Shown here piece after piece: positions 1 to 7,800 of a DNA stretch of 33,012 nucleotides. How positions within the stretch are numbered: position 1 is the stretch's first letter; each line of letters opens with the position of its first letter. The DNA comes from a virus. Lineage: Duplodnaviria; Caudoviricetes. Under the pieces are notes generated by a model that was not told the DNA's origin, made no database searches, and worked only from the letters and a program-made list of their open reading frames with translations. The stretch is taken from positions 1-33,012 of IMG/VR virus record IMGVR_UViG_3300030118_004045. One strand, written 5' to 3'. A program made the position numbers and the translations under genes.

Positions 1-2
1 AG

Positions 3-83
3 TCCGTTGTGAGAAAAAAACAACTAGCCGATATCCTGTGGCATACAGACGGCTCGATAGAAATAGCAATTAGACCAGAGTAA
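3..83 (+). CDS. 3' end of a truncated hypothetical protein (…SVVRKKQLADILWHTDGSIEIAIRPE*)
   Basis: Frame is open from the window edge to TAA at 81-83. The next ATG follows at 85, which fits tight phage packing. Confidence 0.5.
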   Translation, partial: SVVRKKQLADILWHTDGSIEIAIRPE

Positions 84-84
84 A

Positions 85-303
85 ATGAACAGATCCCAAA
101 GGAATGCGAAAGCAAAAGCAAAAGGTTTACGTAAAGCTAGGCGTAAAAAGAAAACAGATAAGCTTAAAAATACAGAAAAGAAAACTACTTTTTACAGTAA
201 TGAGGAGCTAAATGTAGCAGGTTGTCGTGGTCTGAATCTATCGCCTAGTACTAAATATATGATCAATCCATTTATTAAATTCAACCGATTCTCAAGAAAA
301 TGA
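85..303 (+). CDS. small basic hypothetical protein (72 aa)
   Basis: K/R-rich N-terminus; its stop overlaps the next start (ATGA at 300-303). Confidence 0.6.
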   Translation: MNRSQRNAKAKAKGLRKARRKKKTDKLKNTEKKTTFYSNEELNVAGCRGLNLSPSTKYMINPFIKFNRFSRK

Positions 304-497
304 TATACACAATTTTAATCATAGGAGTGTATGTTGGTATCGTTCTCATCTGTCTGCGACTGTTACAGAAGTTGCATGAACAGGCAGATGAGATACGTAC
401 ACACAACGAACGTATCATAGAATACAAAAGAAGAATCAATTCACTATCAGAAAGAATGGAGGAACTAAACGATGCCGAGCGATCACGTATCAAATGA
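300..497 (+). CDS. small membrane-anchored coiled-coil protein (65 aa)
   Basis: N-terminal hydrophobic helix (IYTILIIGVYVGIVLICL) followed by a charged heptad-like segment; ATGA coupling. Confidence 0.7.
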   Translation: MIYTILIIGVYVGIVLICLRLLQKLHEQADEIRTHNERIIEYKRRINSLSERMEELNDAERSRIK

Positions 498-732
498 ACC
501 TTACCATGAATGGTTGAGGGATGTTATTAGTAGCAAACCAAAGCTGTTCACGCATGACTTCAACATCTCATTCTCCGTTGATTCCCTGCACCTTGATCCT
601 TGGCTCATTGACGATGAAGTATTAGTGGCTTACCTATTCAAAAGGATCAAGGAAGCTAGAGAGGCAGGGTGTTTTAAGGAAGCATTAGAACACACAGAGA
701 CAGTAGAACCCGAAGTAGATATAAGTTTATGA
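472..732 (+). CDS. hypothetical protein (86 aa)
   Basis: Overlaps both neighbours in operon fashion; ATGA junction at 729-732; GGAGG about 9 nt upstream of the start. Confidence 0.65.
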   Translation: MPSDHVSNEPYHEWLRDVISSKPKLFTHDFNISFSVDSLHLDPWLIDDEVLVAYLFKRIKEAREAGCFKEALEHTETVEPEVDISL

Positions 733-1064
733 ACACGATATATAAAGTAACAACTACAGAACTAGATGGGTGTGAATACCCAACAGCAGGTACACAAACC
801 AAATGGTTTAAAAACAAAGCAGACGCAACTCGTCACGCAAAAAAGTTTAATATGAATTATAATAAACTAAAGAAACAAGAACGTAAGTTCCATTCAACCA
901 CAGAAAGCTTTGGGGTAGAGGCTCCAGAACTTCTTAGATCTTTACGCCAAAAGTTCCTTGATGAATATAGGTGTTTGCCTGATAGTGAAGCTACGCTTGA
1001 AGCCCATCACTATTTAAGTACACAAGAATCTGTAGTAAAGCTTTTAAACAAATTCACATCATGA
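729..1064 (+). CDS. hypothetical protein (111 aa)
   Basis: ATGA overlaps at both ends (729-732 and 1061-1064). Confidence 0.7.
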   Translation: MNTIYKVTTTELDGCEYPTAGTQTKWFKNKADATRHAKKFNMNYNKLKKQERKFHSTTESFGVEAPELLRSLRQKFLDEYRCLPDSEATLEAHHYLSTQESVVKLLNKFTS

Positions 1065-1153
1065 CAATACTAGCAGGAATAGTTATCTGGTTTGCGTTGA
1101 TCTATCTTGTACTAAAGTTCTTCGCTGTCTCCTCTGAGATAAATAAAGATTAA
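1061..1153 (+). CDS. 30-aa single-pass membrane peptide MTILAGIVIWFALIYLVLKFFAVSSEINKD (not in ORF track)
   Basis: ATG at 1061 overlaps the upstream TGA; one hydrophobic helix; TAA at 1151-1153. Confidence 0.65.
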   Translation: MTILAGIVIWFALIYLVLKFFAVSSEINKD

Positions 1154-1160
1154 TAGAATT

Positions 1161-1230
1161 GGGTATTGCGTCGGAGCTTGGTACTCTGGTTATTTTCATA
1201 CACCCGTCAGGTAAACGCATAAAACCTGAC
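1161..1230 (+). ncRNA. candidate structured RNA, element 1
   Basis: Hairpins CGGAG(1172-76)/CTCTG(1184-88) and GTCAGGT(1206-12)/ACCTGAC(1224-30) with loop AAACGCATAAA; GGGT/ACCC closing pair; loop ACGCA is complementary to TGCGT at 1167-71. Confidence 0.4.
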
Positions 1231-1247
1231 ACTAATTTTAACCATGA

Positions 1248-1373
1248 ACCCTGACTCCTGTACTCTGGACTAGGAATAAAGCTAGAGGAGAACTCTAGAT
1301 GAGGCGTTATTTTTTGCATAGTTGTTCAATGCGTCTTTGATGAACACCTAGTTCAGACTACAGGGGTCAGGGT
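1248..1373 (+). ncRNA. candidate structured RNA, element 2 (27-bp closing stem with internal hairpins)
   Basis: 1248-1274 pairs with 1347-1373 (24 Watson-Crick pairs, 2 G-U wobbles that work only on the + strand, 1 C-C mismatch). Internal hairpin CTAGAG/CTCTAG at 1282-1298; followed by ATTTTCT. Confidence 0.55.
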
Positions 1374-1383
1374 ATTTTCTGTC

Positions 1384-1412
1384 TTGCTTTTATATCATTT
1401 TAGAAATATTGT
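1384..1412 (+). promoter_or_regulatory. sigma70-like promoter TTGCTT-17-TATTGT
   Basis: -35 at 1384-89, -10 at 1407-12; ATG at 1421 lies 8 nt downstream. Confidence 0.55.
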
Positions 1413-1420
1413 TAAAGACC

Positions 1421-1627
1421 ATGAACATTTTGAGAATATACTTTGAAGAGTTTGAAATCCTTATGTCCATGCAAACAAAGAACCACAGAGTAATGCCAGA
1501 GACATTTAAAGTTTATCCTGTATTTAGGGATGAGACTGGAGCTAACCCTAAAGTTGGGGAGGAAATCTTTATGCCTTTGGGAGCTGCCAAGGCAATTCTG
1601 CCGAAGCAATATTTCCATGAGTGTTAA
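1421..1627 (+). CDS. hypothetical protein (68 aa, MNILRIYFEE…)
   Basis: ORF track gives 1409-1627. ATG at 1421 is preferred because the TTG at 1409 lies inside the predicted -10 box. Confidence 0.65.
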   Translation: MNILRIYFEEFEILMSMQTKNHRVMPETFKVYPVFRDETGANPKVGEEIFMPLGAAKAILPKQYFHEC

Positions 1628-1844
1628 ACGCTACATACAAACGGATGCAGATAGTAGATATGATTGGATTGCGATGTTGGAGAAACAAAACTCATACGAG
1701 ATTGTTGCAAGCATCAAAGATTCAAGAGTCCTTCTGTATAGAAACAAAGACGAACAAAAGAGCATAGATACTTTCAAGTATCTCGCCCATAAGCATGGGG
1801 CGTTATCAGCTACTATTCCTTTCAGAAGTTTTGCGATGGCTTAA
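1617..1844 (+). CDS. hypothetical protein (75 aa, MSVKRYIQ…)
   Basis: ORF track gives 1530-1844; ATG 1617 gives a short overlap with the upstream gene. Its stop shares TTAA (1841-44) with the convergent giant gene. Confidence 0.6.
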   Translation: MSVKRYIQTDADSRYDWIAMLEKQNSYEIVASIKDSRVLLYRNKDEQKSIDTFKYLAHKHGALSATIPFRSFAMA

Positions 1845-4800
1845 TCTTCTCTGTTGTGATAGTAGAATCTAGGTAAGTTTTTAAAGTAAGCATCAAGCAA
1901 GCGTTCCCTTCTGAGGAACTCTTTGTTCTCGGTAAGTCTGTACTTATCTCTTAGTTTCTTTTTCAAACCTTTGTGAGTTTCTCTTGGGGTTTCTGTTTTG
2001 CCCTGTAATAAAAACCCATATCTTCTTTTTCCAAACTGTGATCCATATACTATTTTTTTAACATCTTGATCTGATAGTCCACCAAGAGTCGCTAAGTTTT
2101 TGAGTGTATGGGCTACCTCTTTATCTAGCCTGACCCTATGATCTATCTCATCGATCACGAGAGCTTTCATTTCAGCATCAGTGATTGGGTTATCGCTCAG
2201 AACTTTGTTTTTCCTTAACGATATGTTCTGTGTTTCTCTTCTTACATCAAATAGATATCTCCTCATGTTGTTTGAGATATCTACTGTGTATGGTTTAGCA
2301 GGATAAAATTCTTTTGCTATACGCTCAAAGATTTCTTCGACAGGGTTTGTGCCGATCATCTTAGCGACTTCCCGACCAGCTTTTATTGTCCTTGGTTCCA
2401 AAGCTTCTTTAAGTAGGAATGAAGCCCCTTTGATAAATACATCTTCAGCTTCGTCTCTCTCCTCCCATATCTTTTTATTTGTTTGAGGATCTCTGTTTGC
2501 TTTTAAACTTAACAATCCCCCTGCAAAGATTTGGTCATCTAAGTATTCGTTAAATATCAAACCTTCTATAAAACTCATTGCCATAGATGCTGGGCTTTCC
2601 CCTCTGAATCCTTTCTCAACTGAACGTAGTACAGGATCAGCTAACATAGCGTATGGGTTTACGTATGTTAGATCCAAAGTTTTTAACTCACCATCTTCTC
2701 TGTACATTATGAAAGTATGCCCCCTCAAGTACTCGACTAAAGTTCTTCTAAGGGCAGCTTCTTCTTCATCATCTACATCAGTTATCATACGAGCTATCAA
2801 CGGACCAACTGCGGATAGACCAACTGTTGTTCCGAGGAAACCTGAAAGCCTCAAAGCACCCCTCCTTTTTATAGTGGGGCTTTGATCCTTCATCTCTTCT
2901 ACAGCGAGGCGTATTGTATTTATAGATATCCTGACTATCTCTCCCTTGAATCGAATGAACGGAGCGAACATAACTCCAAGAGAGGACTTAGTCCATCCTC
3001 TTACTAAAGGTGAAGATCTACTATATGATTGAGCAGTCCTTAAAACTTTATCAGCAGCTTCCCTTTTGATTTCATAATCTGTCATTGTAGCATACTTACC
3101 TTCGCCTCTCTCCTTTGCTTTATTTAAAACAGACAATTCATTTTCGTAGTAAGATATCTTGTAGAAAGTATCAACAACAGCAGATAGTTCTTTAAGAGAA
3201 GTATATAGTTTGTTAAGTGGTGATCCTATTTTCTTTAGGTCACTTTCTTTTGTATTCTCATCAGTTAATTCATCTATCTGTTTTGTTTTCCTGTATACCT
3301 CATCCATCAATTCGTTTGGAGTAGTCTCTCCTCTGAATATTTCATCAAGCATTTTAGGTCTTATCTCGTCACCAATAATATCTAAAGCATCTAGTTCAGC
3401 ATAATACTCATCCAATTTAATTTGGCTGGCTTTGAACCTTTCACCTGAGTATATACCTCTATGACGTAAGATTTCTTTACCCATATTCTTTGTGTACCTT
3501 ATAGGTGCTATCATTCCTTGAGACAAACCAAAGTAAAGTACGTTACCAAAAATGTTTCTTAGATAGAATCCTATAGAACCTAAAGTCTTAGTTGCCATTG
3601 AAAGACCTGTCAGATTAAAAGCCATCCTATTTAATTGAGTGGCGACAATCTCAGATTCATTTAAAGCTACCTTAGTACTGTCACCTAAAAGTTTTAAAGC
3701 TTCATTCAGATCTCTAGTGGCATAGTACTTCTTACCTGTAGTCACGTTTACCCAAGGGTCGAAGCGAGCATCCCCGTCTGCAAAGATTTGTTCCCAGCGG
3801 TTTACCTGCTGCCCATTGACGATTACAAACTTCTCGTCATCTGGTAGGTTTAGAAGAACATCCTCTTCAATTATCCATCCATTCTTTTCTTTCAAGCCAA
3901 AGTCTAATACGTTTTTTAAGTAGGCTTGGTGAGATGCCATAATACCAACGTGCATATATGTACGCATGATTGCATCATAACCAGTGGCATCACCTTCTTC
4001 ACCCATCAAAGCCCTCAACTGTTGTGGGATATCTTTCCTTTGTAACAGACGCTCTTTTAATATATGTGCAAAGCCCATACGCCTAGCAAGATCTTCCCCT
4101 TCTACTAGTTTCAATCCTCTGTTCTTTGTAAACAAGTTATCCTTGTTTGAGAAAGAGTTTAAGAAAGAAGCCATCATATTGTGTATGAGTGGTGGTTGAT
4201 CAGAAGGAGACTTAGTTCGGTCTGCTACCAATTCTTTTTCAGCTATTTTTCTTGCGTCTTCTATTCTAGTAACAAGATTACCTTCAGCATCTGTTTCTTT
4301 ATTTAAAATAATTTGCGTAGCTCTGTGGGTTTTATATTCTTCCGCAAAGAATGCAGCAGCTTCATTACGTACTTCAGTGTACTTACTATCGTACATTACT
4401 TGATCAGCAAAACCTGCATCTGAAAATAACTTATATGATCTTGTCAGATACACTTCTAGATTTGCATCAATGGTAGCATTTAATTGTTTTTTAATTTCTG
4501 GATCGTTAGGGAATAACTCCCCTATCTTTTTAGAGAACTCATCTGTCTTCCCACGAAGAGCAAGTAGATGCCTAACTATTTCAGATTTAGGGTTTCCGTT
4601 TTCATCATAACCACCGAGTTGTTCGATAGCATATTCTCTTCTCTGTTCAAGCAAGGCTCTTTTATTTTGATAAGCCCTATTAAAAGCTGTAGATTTCTGA
4701 CTATCTAAATCCTTAATATCCTCTGTTAATCTTTTTATATTAGCCTGTAGCTCTTTGTTGTCTGGTTCTTGAACCCTCTGCTCATTAAGAGCTGCCAAGA

Positions 4801-7800
4801 CTTGAGTCATTCTTTTCAATTTAGTATCGAAAAATTTATTAAGGAAGTCAGTAGTCTTTGGATCAAGTCTTAAAACTTCAGCGTCTCCTGTTATACTTCT
4901 AAATAAATCTACAGGAGCATCCCCATCTGGATATAACTTAGCAACTAGTTTGTCTAGTCTATCTTTGTAATTTTGTATTTCATTAAATACAGCATTACGA
5001 AGAGCGACTGATTGCTGGTGTAGCCTTTGCAATCTTGGGTCTGGTGACCCGACTAACGCATTCATCCAAGACATTATGCCTTTGTAAGCACCACGATACT
5101 TACCTGTTTTCATAACAGGTATTGTTAACATACCTGTTAGGTTACCATGCTTGAATATTCTATTTGTACTAACTTCTGTTGTAGTATTACCCTCTGTCTG
5201 AGATTCGGTGACTTCAATTATAGTACCAACTTCTGGGGCTATATCAGCATCTGCTTCTGAAGTTTCGGTGTGTCCTGTAAAAGCTTTCACTACCCTTAAA
5301 GGATTGTCTGGATCAAACATAGGTATAGGCTCTACTTGATAACCAGCTTTCATATCGTTGTAAGCTTGGACAACCCTGTTAACTGCCATTGACATATAAG
5401 GGTTTTCTGAATCTCTTCTCAGAGCAAAAGTTATTCTGTTTACAAATCCTTTTAAGTATCTAAGAATTGCTGCAAAGATATTAGGGTTCTCTAAATAGAA
5501 TGCTCTGTCTTGCTCTGTAGTAAATCCTTTTAAGGCACGTTGTGCGTACATACGCAATGCCTCTTTACCCAATGTTCTTTGTTCATTAGCTACTACATCT
5601 GGATCTTCACTTGTGAGCCTTGCTCTTGCAGCTTGCTTATCTGCTTCCGTTAGGTAGTAGTTATCTATGACACGATTAACTTCTGACTGAGGCATCTCCC
5701 CATACAAAGCAGAGATCTCTTCTGTAGTGAAGTCAGCGAAAGTGGCTGCGTGTATTATCTCTTCTATCATTACAGAAGATGTTAATGCTTTTGCATTTCT
5801 ATTTGATAAGCCATCAATTAAATTACCTAGTTCGCTAGGTTCTATCTGAACAAAACTTCCGCTCTCAGATGTAACAAAACTAAAAGGTTTTATTTCTTGT
5901 CCTGACTCTTGAGCTGCTTTCCTTTGTTCATCAGATACTAGTCTGACATCAACACCAAATAGCTGTCCTATTAAACTAAGATCTGCCAAGAGGTTTTGTA
6001 GTTTTAATAAGTCTTCCTGACTAATATCATCCAAGGATTCAAAAGCTTTTTCAGGTGACAAGCTTCTTATTTGGGATTCAGTAGTCTCATCATTAATATC
6101 GTTAAGTTTTAAACTTAACTCATGTTGATCTTTGGCAGCTTTTACAGCTTCTATTTCCGTTCTTAAACCTTCAGCAACACCCTGAGTATCCCCTTTCTTT
6201 AGCTCGTCATTAAACTCAACCTGACGATCAAGAGAATCTAATAGCTTATTGATGTCTTTGTATTTAACTTTTCTTGTGATGACATTACCATTCGACCAAT
6301 CGGGTATATAACTATATGAAAGTTCTACATCTTTTTCTTGTTTTGTTTTAGGAACAAATTCACCTGTTTTCCCTACTCTTACATAACCATTATTTTCTAC
6401 ATAATCTGCAAGTGCTACTTCACCTTTACGAAGATAATTTCTATATCTTTTATTCGTGATATGTGATAACTCATCCATGATGATGGTAGCTCCTGCTTCC
6501 ATCGCATCATCTATAAGTTTGTACTTACCATCCAATTCACCATCTTTTACTGGTATGATTGCATCTTTCCGTAGGCCATTAGACGCTACAAAGACAACAT
6601 CAGAAGACTTGTAGTTACCTGTATTAGCACGCCCTCTAATCTCATACATTCTACGATAGTTATCGGTTGAAGAACCCACTGCACCATCACCAATAAACTG
6701 AGTAGCTTTCCTTGTTTTAACTTGTTCTTTAGGGACGTGATGTTTAGCACTTACATTAGAGAAGGTTACTATATCTTTTGTTGTAGCTCTCTGTAGTATT
6801 TTATTTTCATATATCTCTACTAAAGGACGAAGGCTCTGGGCTTCTTGTTCATTAGCTTGTGCTACAGCTATATCAGTTGGTGCATCAATATTATCTAATT
6901 CTTCAAGTCGAGCTTTAGCTTCAGGGAAACTTAATTTTTTTGTTATTCTTTCACTAAGACCAATTTCTGGTGAGAAAAAAGTGTACGAATAAGTTATAGG
7001 TTGTCCTATCTCTGGCTCAAATATAGATTGGTCATACTCATTTATAGCTTGTTGTAATCCTTCAATGTGTCCTAGCTTTTGTATCTTCTCTCTTGTTAAA
7101 TCATTATCATTGTAGAAACCTCCATAGAACTCAAGAGTATGATCAATTTGTGCAACATCTTTACGTAGTTGTTCAAGCACCTTACTCGCTTCTTCTATTT
7201 GAATATTTTGAATATCAGAAGTTATTTCTTTAGTACCATCTACACTTGTATACGTATATTTATATCTTAGTGTACTATCTACAGGCTTAGAGGGGGTGGT
7301 TGTTTCTTGCTCTAAAGAAAAGTCTGAACCCCTTCCCCTAACTTCAGCGACTGCTTTTTCTAAAGAAGCAATACGTGCTTTAGAATCTTCTAAGTAATTT
7401 CTATCTATAAAAATATCAGAACCAAAGTTAGAACCTGAGTCATAAGCTTCTGTATCTGATGCAAGTTTTTCTTTTAACTCTTTAATTTTTGCATCAGCCT
7501 CATTTAACTTAACAGAATCTGTACTTTCTGTAGTGTTAGTCTCTGGATCGTTTTCTCCCCAAGTATATCTTATATTAATATTTAAAGGTTTAGAAGCTTC
7601 AGTTGTTTCTTGTTCTAAAGCAAACCCTCTTACTTCAACTACATAGTCTCTCAGTATTTGGGCATGGTTTAAATCACCCTCTTGGTGATACAAAAGTTTT
7701 TGTCCATCTAACTTACCTTGATTGATTTGATCAAGTACCCATTGCCTACGCTCTTGCTTAACCTGATTAATTTTATAACTTCCACCGCCCTTCAATTTTA

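Noticed and set aside
1083-1319. 78-aa minus-strand ORF (MQKITPHL…)
   Set aside because: Antisense to the + strand gene run, overlaps the 30-aa peptide and the structured elements, and has no recognisable motif. Its ATG context is better explained as the complement of the CAU loop, although expression cannot be excluded.
1293-1346. Hammerhead-like fragments (CTAGATGAG, TTGATGA)
   Set aside because: No intact CUGANGA core with a correctly placed GAAA, so not called a hammerhead ribozyme.
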